Origin: Lytechinus pictus
Taxonomy: Eukaryota
NCBI RefSeq assembly: GCF_037042905.1
Contig: NC_087252.1
Location: 10,604,001 to 10,668,000, forward strand
Direction: 5' to 3'
DNA: 64,000 nucleotides
In this document: piece after piece, positions 26,158 to 37,762 of the stretch
Position numbering within the stretch: the first letter of the stretch is position 1
How the letters are laid out: each line of letters starts with the position of its first letter
The notes under the pieces: generated by a model
Seen by the model: only the letters and a program-made list of their open reading frames with translations
Databases searched by the model: none
Told to the model about the DNA's origin: nothing
Position numbers and translations under genes: made by a program

Positions 26158-27223
26158 AATAGATGTTGACACTTACACGGATATAACATGTTTTGTTTTG
26201 TAGTTGGACTAATTCAGTCTTTACAAATAAATTCATACATACATAGTCTAGAAAATATCATAGAAAAAATTATAACAAATTGCAGCTGTGAACACACAAG
26301 TCAAATAACATTATAGACAATTGGAAAATAAACATACTAGATAAACTTTACAACAACAGACTGAGGCATAATCAAAATCGTAGAAAATAAAATTTTCAAC
26401 GACTATGCAGCTAAAACAATGAGAAAATATGACATACCGTACTACCAGCTAAGCAAACTGAATGGATAAGTGTATTTAATTACGTTTTCCCGCTCCGGGA
26501 GCACCCCTACATAATCCTACACCTAAAACTAAACATTCTAACACACTAAGAACAACATACAGGACAGAGAGGAGAGAGAGAGAAAAAATGAACAAACAAA
26601 AGACAGAAACAAAAAACCAACAACGACAACAACGAACCAACCAACAAACAAAACATTGGGCAGTTTACAGTGGCAGATCGACTCAATGCGTGGGCAGACG
26701 AGGGTCCCCTTTCCTTTATCCTTTTTATGTTGGTCCAATGTAAAGACCTTTAGATATTTCCATTTGTCATAGTTTCGCGTTAACGTTTCCCGCTCTATTG
26801 TTATTATCCTTTCTTCTTTGCCTGAAAGTAACTTTTCACTTATCTATTCAAGAGATGATTTACCCTCACCTCTCCTTTGATATATTAAATGTTTGATTTA
26901 GAGACTGTGTATTCAAAACCACTGAAGCGAGACCATTGAATTTTTATAGAAATTAGAACATGAGATGAGCTTCCTAGTCCCATACATTTCATTGAGAAAA
27001 AATTCTACTTTTGGAAGTAAATTTAGCCGCATACGAGAGGGACATTTTTAAGGGACGCGCTGTATAGCACTCTGAACTTCCAGAAGATCCCGTTCAAATA
27101 TACATATACGTTATGACTTACGCAGTGATACAGTGAGATGATGTTTATAGTTTCTTTGAACAGTGAAACTTTAAGCAAAAATTATCTTGGTAAATATTGT
27201 ACGCTAAAAACTTTCACTGTTAC

Positions 27224-27375
27224 ATTTCTAAGTGATACTGTTCCCTTCTCTCCGTCTAATTGTAGCAAACCTTGATTGCGTCATGAAGACACGTCTGACC
27301 GTCTGGTGACTGGACATTGGGATCTGCTCCATGATTGACTAATAGATACTCAACAACAGAATAACTTCGGGTTAC
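27224..27375 (-). pseudogene. Gene B: decayed homologue of gene A exon 61005-61187
   Basis: VTRSYSVVEYLLVNHGADPNVQSPDGQTCLHDAIKVCYN* with an internal deletion and in-frame TAG; AG/GT boundaries at homologous positions. Confidence 0.8.
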
Positions 27376-27482
27376 CTTGGCAGAGAGAACATTTAAACAT
27401 ATCATATTAGCATAATGAGTAACGAAGACAGTTATATTTTGTATACATTCTTTTCGAGATGTCTATACTTTAATTATTACAA

Positions 27483-28196
27483 TAAAGGTCAAGTTCATCC
27501 TAGAAAATGCTGATTTGAGAAATAGAGAAAAATCGAACAAGCCTATTGCTGAAAATTTATTCAAAATCGGATGTTACATGATAAAATTATCACGTTTTAA
27601 AGTTTCGCTTATTTTTCACAGTTTAATGTACAACTCGGTAATATGTAATTGAGAGAACAGGGGGCCCGTTTCATAAAGCTGTTCGTAAGTTAATAATGAC
27701 TGGTGAACCCTTCTTACGCGCTAAACCATCGCCAATTCAATATACCATTTACCACAAGAAAGGATCACCAGTCGTTCTTAAAGTCGCTCTTAACTTACGA
27801 ACAGCTTTATGAAACACCCACCTGATGTCGTCCCTCATTCATTAATTATCATTATTATTTTTTTTTTACTTGAATTATACAGTAGACTTCTATTCCATTT
27901 TCGTTTTTGGCAGATTTGACAATAAAAGAGGAATTTTTTTTTTTCACATGACAATGAGGAGGAAATTTAAATATTACATATTTCATTTAATAGAATAAAA
28001 AAGAAATAGTCAGTGGGTGATGTCAATAGTTCCTTCATTTGCATACCGACGAGGATGTGAACATAACTCTTAAGTTATAATTATTAAGCTTTGGAATTTA
28101 GTTGCTTATAAAAAAACAAATTTTGATGAAACTTTCAGATGTATTTTTATTTTTCGATTTTTATTCAAATCAATTATATGTTTGGGTGGACTTTGA
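27483..28196. mobile_element. Old Kolobok-like MITE shared with the equivalent intron of gene A (~62050-63105)
   Basis: TAAAGGTCAAGTTCATCC...GGGTGGACTTTG ends; CAGATTTGACAATAA and TTTTCACATGACAATGAGGAG occur in both paralogous introns. Confidence 0.6.
27661..27822. mobile_element. Palindromic MITE family 1, copy 2, nested in an older element
   Basis: GGGGCCCGTTTCATAAAGCTGTTCGTAAG...CTTACGAACAGCTTTATGAAACACCC. Confidence 0.8.
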
Positions 28197-28301
28197 ATTC
28201 AAAATTGTACTAAAGCACATATTTTGTGTTTGATCCATTTGATCCATTTGATGTGTTTGATTTTTGATGGTGCGTTTGATGTCTAATGTGTTTGAATCCT
28301 T

Positions 28302-28483
28302 GGGGCCGTTTCATAAAGCTGTTCGTAAGTTAAGAGCGACTTTAAGAATGACTGGTGAACCTTTCTTACGCGATAAATAATCACAAACGAACATTAAAGG
28401 TGAATATCATTTACCACAAGAAAGGATCACCAGTCGTTCTTAAAGTCGCTCTTAACTTACGAACAGCTTTATGAAACGCCCCC
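28302..28483. mobile_element. Palindromic MITE family 1, copy 3
   Basis: Near-perfect ~55-bp TIRs GGGGCCGTTTCATAAAGCTGTTCGTAAGTTAAGAGCGACTTTAAGAA. Confidence 0.85.
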
Positions 28484-28600
28484 TGGTGTTAATGACGGAG
28501 TAAGTTGGATTAAATCTGGTTATTAGAAATGCCAATCTAATATTAAACCGCCTATCATCCCATCAAAGTACAGATAGTTTTATTAGAATAAAAAACTTAC

Positions 28601-29720
28601 CTCGGATGTGGAACACATGACTAGTACCCAAGTAGCAAAGACAGCTCTAGATGGGTCGTTCCCTGGATGCAATCTTCCTGAGGACGTGCTCCTGGGGCCT
28701 GGAGATCAGAAACAATATCAGGACGAACATCCAGAAGAGCAGAGAGTACTGGAGCACATCCATCAGCTATTTCGTTGTCGGCTGTGGCTCATTGGCTTAT
28801 TAGGTATTCGATGACTTTAACATGACGATTCTTGATAGTAAAGAGCAATGCAGTTAGGCCAGCATTATCTTCTTTATTCAACTCGGCTCCTTGACTGATG
28901 AGATATTTGGTGGCACCAATATGTCCATTCTGCGATGCATCTATGTGTAATGCAGTCCATCCAATATCATTCCCTCTGTTCACATCAGCTCCATGATTGA
29001 TGAGATATTCGATATTTATCAAGATGACCATTCCCAGCAACAATTTCCAATGCAGACCAACCACTTTTGTTCCCTCTATTCACCTCAGCTCCTTGACTAA
29101 TGAGATATTGGATGAAATCAAGATGACCATTGTGAGATGCACTGTGTAATGAAGTACATTCAGTATTGTCCCCTTTATGCACTTCAGCCCCTAACATGCC
29201 TAATGAGATTTTAGGAGTGCAATCATCTTTATTCCCTGTATTCCCTTCAGCTCCTTGACTGATGAGATATTTGGCGACATCAAGATGACCAAACTTAGCT
29301 GCTCTGCGTAATTGGGTCCAAACAGTATTATACCTATTATTTACTTCAGCTCCCTGACTGATGAAATATTTGGCGACATCAAGATGACCATTCTTAGCTG
29401 CACTGTGTAATGGGGTCCAACCAGTATTACCCCCTTTATTTACTTCAGCTCTTTGACTGATGAGATAATTGGTGGCGCCAAGATGAACATTTTTGGGAAG
29501 CAATGTATAATGCAGTACATTCATTATCATTCCCTTTATTCAACTCATGATATATTTGGCGACATCAAGCTAACCTTTCTCAGCTGCACTGTGTAATGTA
29601 GTCCAAACACTATAATCCCCTTCATTCACTTCAGCTCTTTGACTGATGAGATATTAGTCGACATCAAGATGATCATTCTTATCTGCTATGTGTAATGCAT
29701 CCAATTCCGTGTCATTCCCC
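28601..29720 (-). pseudogene. Gene B: decayed 3' part of the ankyrin exon (about 9 further repeats plus linker)
   Basis: Repeats continue across several frames, with frameshifts near 29730, 29700, 29490 and 29015, deletions near 29550 and 29215, and TGA at 28789 where gene A has GGA; ends in the same TCCGAG|GTAAG donor as gene A. Confidence 0.85.
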
Positions 29721-32195
29721 TTACTGACTTTTAGCTCCTTGACGGATGAGATACTTGGTGACATCAAGATGGCCACACTCAGCTGCACTGTGTAATGCTT
29801 TCCAACCACTATTATCCCCTCTATTCACTTCAGCTCCTTGACTGGTAAGATATTTGGCCACATCAAGATGACCATTCTGAGCTGCACTGTGTAGTGGGGT
29901 CCAACCAGTATTATTCCATTTATTTACTTCAGCTCCTTTTCTGATTAGATGTTTGGAGACTTCAAGGTGACCTTTCTCAACTGCACAGTGTAACGCAGTC
30001 CAACCTGTATTGTTCCCTTTATTCACTTCAGCTCCTTGACTGATAAGATGTTTGGTGACATCAAGATGGCCATTCTTAACTGCATAATGTAATGCAGTCG
30101 ACTCAGTATCATCCCCTTTATTTACTTCAGCACCTTGACCGATGAGGTATTCGGTAACACCAAGTTGACCATTCTTAGCTGCTATGTGTAATGAAGTCAC
30201 ACCAGCATTATTCCCTCTATTCACTTCGGCTCCATTACTGATAAGATGTTTTGTGATATCAAGATGACCACCCTTAGCTGCTATGTGTAATGCAGTCCAT
30301 TCAGTATCATTTCCTTTATTGACTTTAGCTCCTTGACTGATGAGATGTTTTGTGACATCAAAATGGCCATTGTGTGCGGCACTGTGTAATGCAGTCCAAC
30401 CAGTATCACCCTCTCTATTCACCTCAGCTCCTTGAATAATGAGATATTTGAGGACACCAAGATGACCATTCCTAGCTGCACAGTGTAATGCAGTACTTAA
30501 TGCAGTCTTATTACCTCTGTTTGTTTCAGCTCCTTGACTGATGAGATATTGGATGACATTAAGATGACCATTCTGTGATGCAAGGTGTAATGCAGTCCAA
30601 CCCGTATTATTCCCCTTTTTTACTTCAGCTCCTTGATTGATGAGATGTTTGGTGACATCAAAATGACCATTGTGAGCTGCACTGTGTAAAGCTGTCCAAC
30701 CAGTATCACCACCTCTATTTACCTCAGCTCCTTGACTAATAAGATATTTGATGACACCAAGATGACCATTGTGAGCTGCATGCTGTAATGCAGCGACGTC
30801 ATGATTATTCCCTTTATTCACTTCAGCTCCTTGACTGATTATATATTTGGAGACATCAAGATGACCATTCTGAGCTGCAATGTGTAATGCGGTCCAACCC
30901 GTGTCATTCCCTCTTTTCAGTTCAGCTCCATGACGGGTGAGATATTTGGAGACATCAAGATGACCATTCTTAGCTGCATAGTGTAATGCAGTACTTCCAT
31001 TATCATTTCTTCTATTCACTTCAGCTCCTTGACTGATGAGGTATTTTGTTACATCATGATGACCATTCTGAGCTGCAATGTGCAATGCAGTCCATTCAGT
31101 CTCATTCCCCCTATTCACTTCAGCTCCTTGACTGATAAGATGTTTGATGACACCAAGATGACCATTTTGGGAAGCAATGCATAATGGAAAACTTCCCTTA
31201 TTATCCTCTCTATTCACATCACCTCCTTTACTGATTAGATGTTTGGAGACTTCAAGGTGACCTTTCTCAGCTGCACAGTGTAACGCAGTCCAACCTGTAT
31301 TGTTCCCCTTGTTCACTTCAGCTCCTTGACTGATGATATATTTGGTGACATCAAGATGACCATTCTCAGTTGCATAATGTAATACAGTCGACCCAGTATC
31401 ATCCTCTCTATTCACTTCAGCTCCTTGACCGATAAGATATTTGGTGACATTAAGTTGACCATTCTTAGCTGCGTAGTGTAATGCAGTCGACCCAGTATCA
31501 TCTCCTTTATTCAGTTCAGCTCCTTGACTGATGAGATATTCGGTGACATTAAGATGACCTTTCTCAGCTGCACTGTGCAATGCAGTCCAACCAGTAGTAG
31601 TCCCTCTATTCACTTCAGCTCCTTGACTGATGAGATATTCAACGACATCAAGGTGACCATTAAGGGATGCAATGTACAAGGCAGTACTTCCATTATTATT
31701 CCCTTTGTTCACTTCAGCTTCTTTACTGATGAGATATTTGATGACATCAAGGTGACCATTCAGTGATGCAATGCATAAGGCAGTACTTCCATGATTATTC
31801 GCTTTGTTCACTTCAGCTCCTTTACTGATGAGATATTTGATGACATCAAGATGACCATTTATAGTGGCAATGTGTAATGCAGTCCAGTCAGTATCATCTC
31901 CATTATTAATTTGGGCTCCATGACTGAGAATAATTTTCATTGCCTTAAGAAGTCCCTGTGAGGCAGCAAGATGTAAGGGTGTTTGCCCCGTTGACGTGCC
32001 TTTTTCGACATCAGCTTCATGTTTAATGAGGTATTTAATGATGTCTCTTTGGTCATTCTTCACTGCGATGTGTAAACACGTGTTACCATTTTGGTTTGCC
32101 TGGTTTATGTTAGCACCCTGTTTGATAAATTGCTTCACTTGCCTAATCTTCCCTTTCGATACTGCCCTTTGCAAATCCTGAACCACGTCTCCCAT
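29721..32195 (-). CDS. Gene B: intronless 824-aa ankyrin-repeat ORF (~24 repeats); truncated paralogue of gene A, either pseudogene or ankyrin-only protein
   Basis: ATG start, 33-aa repeats GWTALHxAAxNGHLDVxKYLISQGAEVNxG; ends at a +1 frameshift in GCTAAAAGTC. Confidence 0.85.
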   Translation of the reverse strand: MGDVVQDLQRAVSKGKIRQVKQFIKQGANINQANQNGNTCLHIAVKNDQRDIIKYLIKHEADVEKGTSTGQTPLHLAASQGLLKAMKIILSHGAQINNGDDTDWTALHIATINGHLDVIKYLISKGAEVNKANNHGSTALCIASLNGHLDVIKYLISKEAEVNKGNNNGSTALYIASLNGHLDVVEYLISQGAEVNRGTTTGWTALHSAAEKGHLNVTEYLISQGAELNKGDDTGSTALHYAAKNGQLNVTKYLIGQGAEVNREDDTGSTVLHYATENGHLDVTKYIISQGAEVNKGNNTGWTALHCAAEKGHLEVSKHLISKGGDVNREDNKGSFPLCIASQNGHLGVIKHLISQGAEVNRGNETEWTALHIAAQNGHHDVTKYLISQGAEVNRRNDNGSTALHYAAKNGHLDVSKYLTRHGAELKRGNDTGWTALHIAAQNGHLDVSKYIISQGAEVNKGNNHDVAALQHAAHNGHLGVIKYLISQGAEVNRGGDTGWTALHSAAHNGHFDVTKHLINQGAEVKKGNNTGWTALHLASQNGHLNVIQYLISQGAETNRGNKTALSTALHCAARNGHLGVLKYLIIQGAEVNREGDTGWTALHSAAHNGHFDVTKHLISQGAKVNKGNDTEWTALHIAAKGGHLDITKHLISNGAEVNRGNNAGVTSLHIAAKNGQLGVTEYLIGQGAEVNKGDDTESTALHYAVKNGHLDVTKHLISQGAEVNKGNNTGWTALHCAVEKGHLEVSKHLIRKGAEVNKWNNTGWTPLHSAAQNGHLDVAKYLTSQGAEVNRGDNSGWKALHSAAECGHLDVTKYLIRQGAKSQ

Positions 32196-32902
32196 ATTAG
32201 CAAAGATACTGGCTACCGCAGTTTAGCCTGGAGCATTTCATATAACGTCGAATGTATATGTTTTACTCAGAATCTCGAACTTAATTTGGTGTCTTCATCT
32301 GCAGTTGAAGTTTTCGTTGTCCCTTAGTACTATGTAATTTCTTGCGAGATTAACGATACAACGAAGTTTTTGAAAAAATTATGACACTCTGCACCGCCAC
32401 TCAATTGTAATTGTGCATTGCGATTCCCATATGCCATAATCATGAAACAAATAAATCTCGAAGAATAGTTCAACCAGCCAGTTGATGTTATTAGTTATCA
32501 CTATCAAAACGATTTTCCAACTATTCATACCGTATTACCAAATCGTGTCGAGATGTTTTTGTACTCATGAGCAAATAATAAACGTCAGAAATGATATTTA
32601 CTGACGTGACCTCGCATTGTTAATGATATTATTAGTAGTGATATTAATCATTAATTAATTATCCTTATAAAGTCAATATAAAATAATTTTCTCATTTGAA
32701 CAAACAAATCAAAGTATTCTACTGTAATGATAACGGATGAAGACGCAGGTGCCCTTTGAAACTTTACATTATCACCCAGCGTCAATCAAAGAAAAGTAGA
32801 AAGTTTTCGCAATCGCGACTGGACAGATTCTTCAAAATATTTATTTATTTATTCATGTTTTTCTAGCATGTATGGATAGAGTAAATATTCCTTTGTCACT
32901 TG

Positions 32903-33626
32903 GTAAAATTTGTTTCAGTGTTGTTGTTATAGTTTAGTGCACCACAGCCATTGTTTGAAAAAGTGCCAAAACCCATTTGCGCCAAGTCATGGGATTACCT
33001 GCTGAAACAGAGACAAAAGCATTCACACAAACAATGAGCGTAAAGTTTATGCGTATGTTCATTAAGTAAGAAAAATAAACAAGAGAACCAGTAAATCAAT
33101 AAATTATATTCGGTGAAAAAAAGTTCCTTTTCATTGTCATTTTGGCTACAACTTTGACAAAGCTTCTTGCCTTCAATCTTCCACATGTTGCTCTGATGAT
33201 GCGCTGCTGCAAGTCATCCAGATCTGCAGGTGGGTTGCTGTACACTTTTGACTTCAGGTACCCCCAGACGAAGACAGGCAGACACTTCGCAGGGCAATGC
33301 CCCATCGTCCATCGAGCCCAGAAGTGCATCAAGAGAAATGGACAACATGTGAAAAATTGCAGGCGGGAAGCTTTGTCCAAGTTGTGGCAAAAATGACAAT
33401 GAAAAGGAACTTTTCAGTGAAGATAATTTATTTATTTACTGGTTCTATTGTTTATTTTCTTGATTAATAAAATTTAAAAATAAAATTTACGCTCATTGTT
33501 TGTGTGAATGCTTTTGTCACTGTTTCAGCAGGTCATCACATGACTTGGCGCAAATGGGTTTTGACATTTTTCAAACAATGGCGGTTGTGCACTCAACCAT
33601 AAAAACAACACTGAACCAAGTTTTAA
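32903..33626. mobile_element. Rearranged Tc1/mariner-type element with ~290-bp inverted arms and transposase C-terminal fragments
   Basis: Arms 32903-33190 and 33343-33626 are inverted; minus strand encodes VWGYLKSKVYSNPPADLDDLQQRI, plus strand RAQKCIKRNGQHV, both typical DDD transposase tail motifs. Confidence 0.75.
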
Positions 33627-35179
33627 GAGGAACGTAAAAAGGTAGGCGTGGCTAGTGGCGTATACGGGGGGGGGGGGGGGGAGGGGACACGTGACCCCCA
33701 ATCGGCTGGCAAAAGAAGGGGGAGGGAGAAAGATAGAGAAACTTAATAGGGAAGAAGACATTGTTTTATATAATATTACATAAGAAAAGTTTTATGAAAC
33801 AACATAACTTGCTTAAAGGCCAATATAATCACTCCCGGTGCTCGCATTGTCTATTTAATGAACTAAATAATCCTGTTTAATGGGATTTTAATTAGCTTTA
33901 ATTCAATATATAACAGGATATATTTCATTCTGTAAAATAGTAGAATCCTAATCAGAGGAATGTGAAAAAATAGCCTTGGTCTATGACCTCATTAAAAAGG
34001 CCAGGCTGCTTCGGGTTCTCTAAAGAAGATAGGGCCTACCCTATACTACCACTTTGGAAATAAATGATGCATTCATACCCAACTTGACAGCCATTCCATT
34101 TTTTTTATTATATCTACTATTTTGATCTATATACACATAAATACATTTGAGATAAATCTAATACGTTCCATTTTTAAGAATTTTTTAAACATCAATTCTC
34201 TACGTATTCAGATTGTCTTATTGCAACAAAAGAAAGACAACACTGTTCTGGATAACTTGTGCCCCGTAAGAATAATAATCCAGAAAGAATATAATTTTTA
34301 TTGAACAATTGAATGAGAAGTTCAAGGAGGAAAGAATGTTTTAATTTTAAGGTTCACCTAAGCATACTGCACAATCTCAGTGAAACTTTTTTTTCACAAC
34401 TTGCAATTTTGACAGTTTTAAGCATAGGTACTTCTTTTTTCAAGTTAATTTTCATTTTTCTTTTAATTTTGAAGACCAAATTCCATTTTTTTTTAATACT
34501 GTCAGAGATGATTCACAGGTACAGATACCTTACAATGAGCAAATATTGATCGTATCATAAGGTCATGTATACGGCACGATTAAAGCCTTTTGTTTGCATT
34601 CTCACAAAACATTACATGATATTCCGGTTTGATGTGAAAAAAATACAAGGTAAAATAAAAGTGAACCAAAATTTAAACAAGTACAAATTCAAGATAATGA
34701 TATTAACTGGAAGCCTATTTATTTAAATGATAATCGTCGCAGCCTTTTGGCTGTTAAAATACAATGTACAAATATGCATGCAGTGTGGAGAACAATTAGG
34801 AACATATTAATCATGATTGAAAAGAAAAGGGAAGGGAAGTAGAAAGGATAGAAGAAGGAAAATCGGAGAGTAAGATAAAAGGAACAGGACTTATTTCATA
34901 ATGATAAAAAGCTTAATTTAGGCATACTCCAATGATAAACAAGTTGATTATATAGAAATTGGTTAAAATCTGAATATTACATCTTTAATCTGAGAAATAT
35001 GATATTATTTCAGGTAAACTAATATAATTACATTATGCATGATGATATGGACAAGTAGGAAGATGTGGTGATTTATTGACTTTTAAAGGTAAATAAAACA
35101 TATGTCTACAGCATTCAATTTAGTTAAACAAAGACGATGAAATAGGCTAGCATACTGGATTAACATTTATCATATATCA

Positions 35180-37762
35180 CATGCCCAAGAATAACAATCA
35201 AATAAAAGGAGTAAAAAATTATGTTATCAGGAATAGCTCGTTACCAGAGTACTGATTCAAGATATTTAACAATTTACGAAAAAAAAAAATATATAGATTA
35301 AAATCATGTTATCAGGAATTGATCTTTGTCAGAGTCCCGATTAACATATTTTACTATTTACAGTATATACACACACAGAAAAACAATCACAAAAATGGAT
35401 TGAAAATATGTTATCAGGAATTGATGGTTACCAGAGTACTGATCAACATCTTCTACTATTTATATACACACACAGAAAAAAAACATCACAAAAAGTGGAT
35501 GGAAAATATGTTATCAGGAATTGATGGTTACCAGAGTACTGATTCAACATCTTTTACCATTTACATACAGAAACACAATCACAAACTAATACCACCCCCC
35601 GCACGTCGATACCATGGGAACAATTTCCAACACATGGAAAACATATGTCTTGCCTATTTTAACCACAACATCAATGTCTGAGCTATCACGACAATCGGTT
35701 GAAAACTAACGAAATAGTTAAAACAGCAAGATTTTGCATAATTTTTTACACATATGTTGTTACCATGGCAAAATGATTACTGACATAAGAAAAATATGTC
35801 CTGCACATCTTCATCTCAAGACCAATGTGTGAGCCAAATTCCATGAAAATTAGTTGAAAACTAATAAAGTAGTACGATTCGCAAGATCTTTACCCATTTT
35901 TTTTGGCAGAATTCATGGTGTTACCATAGCAACACAATTTCCGACCCACGCAAATTATGTGTCTCACATATCTTTACCGCGATACCTATGTGTGAGCCAA
36001 ATTTCATGAGAATTGGTTGAAAACTGAGGAAGTAGTCCGAACTGCAAAAATTATACCATGTTTTTGCCATAATATACCGTTATCATGTCAATATAAAAAA
36101 AGAAATTATGTTATCGGGAATTAATCTTTATTAGAGTTCTGATTAACATGTTTTACCATTCATATACACAGAGAAAAACAATCACAAAAATGGATTAAAA
36201 TTATGTTATCAGGAATTGATCATTATTAGAGTACTGATTAACATCTTTTACAATTTATATACACACAGAAAAACAATAAAAAATTGATTAAAATTATGTT
36301 GTCAGGAAGTGATTGTTACCAAAGTACTGATTGAACACATTTTACTATTTAACCCTTTGCACGCTGATGTGGCAATTTTGCACATTCGTACAATTAAATT
36401 CAACAATCATAATAATTAGTTTTCTCCCCTAACTTCATTATTAGAGAAGCTAATAAATGGAAATAAATAAAAAGTTCTTAGGCAACATCTATATAATGAT
36501 CATTAGTATCAATGGTTTAAAATGGAAATCTTGACACAAAGAAAATAACATGGAAACAATTATCCCCCCAAAATTAATTCAGCGTGCAAAGAGTACACAC
36601 GGAAAAAAACAATCATAGAAATAGATTAAAATTGTTATCAGGAATTGATAGTTATCAGAGCACTGATTAACATATTTTACCATTTTCATACACACAGAAA
36701 ACCAATCAGAAAAATGGATTGAAATAATATAATCAGGATTATTGATCATTATCAGATTACTGACTGATTTATCATATTTTACTATTTACATACACACAGA
36801 AAAAAAACAATTACATTTACAATGACAAAATGGATTAAAATGATGTTATCAAGAATTAATGGTAGTTAGAGTACTGATTAACATATATTACCATTTAAGT
36901 ACACACGGAAAAAAACAATCATAGAAATAGATTAAAATTGTTATCAGGAATTGATAGTTATCAGAGCACTGATTAACATATTTTACCATTTTCATACACA
37001 CAGAAAACCAATCAGAAAAATGGATTGAAATAATATAATCAGGATTATTGATCATTATCAGATTACTGACTGATTTATCATATTTTACTATTTACATACA
37101 CACAGAAAAAAAACAATGACATTTACAATGACAAAATGGATTAAAATGATGTCATCAAGAATTAATGGTAGTTAGAGTACTGATTAACATATATTACCAT
37201 TTAAGTACACACGGAAAAACAATCATAGAAATAGATTAAAATTGTTATCAGGAATTGATAGTTATCAGAGCACTGATTAACATATTTTACCATTTTCATA
37301 CACACAGAAAACCAATCAGAAAAATGGATTGAAATAATATAATCAGGATTATTGATCATTATCAGATTACTGACTGATTTATCATATTTTACTATTTACA
37401 TACACACAGAAAAAAAACAATTACATTTACAATGACAAAATGGATTAAAATGATGTTATCAAGAATTAATGGTAGTTAGAGTACTGATTAACATATATTA
37501 CCATTTAAGTACACACGGAAAACCAATCATAGAAATAGATTAAAATTGTTATCAGGAATTGATAGTTATCAGAGCACTGATTAACATATTTTACCATTTT
37601 CATACACACAGAAAACCAATCAGAAAAATGGATTAAAATAATGTAATCAGGATTATTGATCATTATCAGATTACTGACTGATTCATCATCCTTTACTATG
37701 TACATACACACAGAAAAAAAACACAATGACAAAATGGATTAAAACGATGTTATCAAGAATTA
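35180..37762 (+). repeat. Same ~95-bp satellite, interrupted by insertions, with ~305-bp trimeric higher-order repeat at 36593-37760
   Basis: GTACACACGGAAAA at about 36593, 36899, 37206 and 37509; monomers share a TTATCAGGAATT-like core with the 19.2-20.6 kb array. Confidence 0.95.
36353..36593. mobile_element. piggyBac-like MITE inserted in the satellite
   Basis: TTAA|CCCTTTGCACGCTGA ... TCAGCGTGCAAAGAG (one mismatch; right TTAA not intact). Confidence 0.6.

Noticed and set aside
29721..32195. Horizontally acquired bacterial or viral ankyrin gene
   Set aside because: The exon ends in a spliceosomal donor and is paralogous to an intron-rich gene with metazoan ZU5 and death domains.
31524..32327. 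Plus-strand ORFs over the ankyrin array
   Set aside because: Antisense shadows of the repetitive coding strand.
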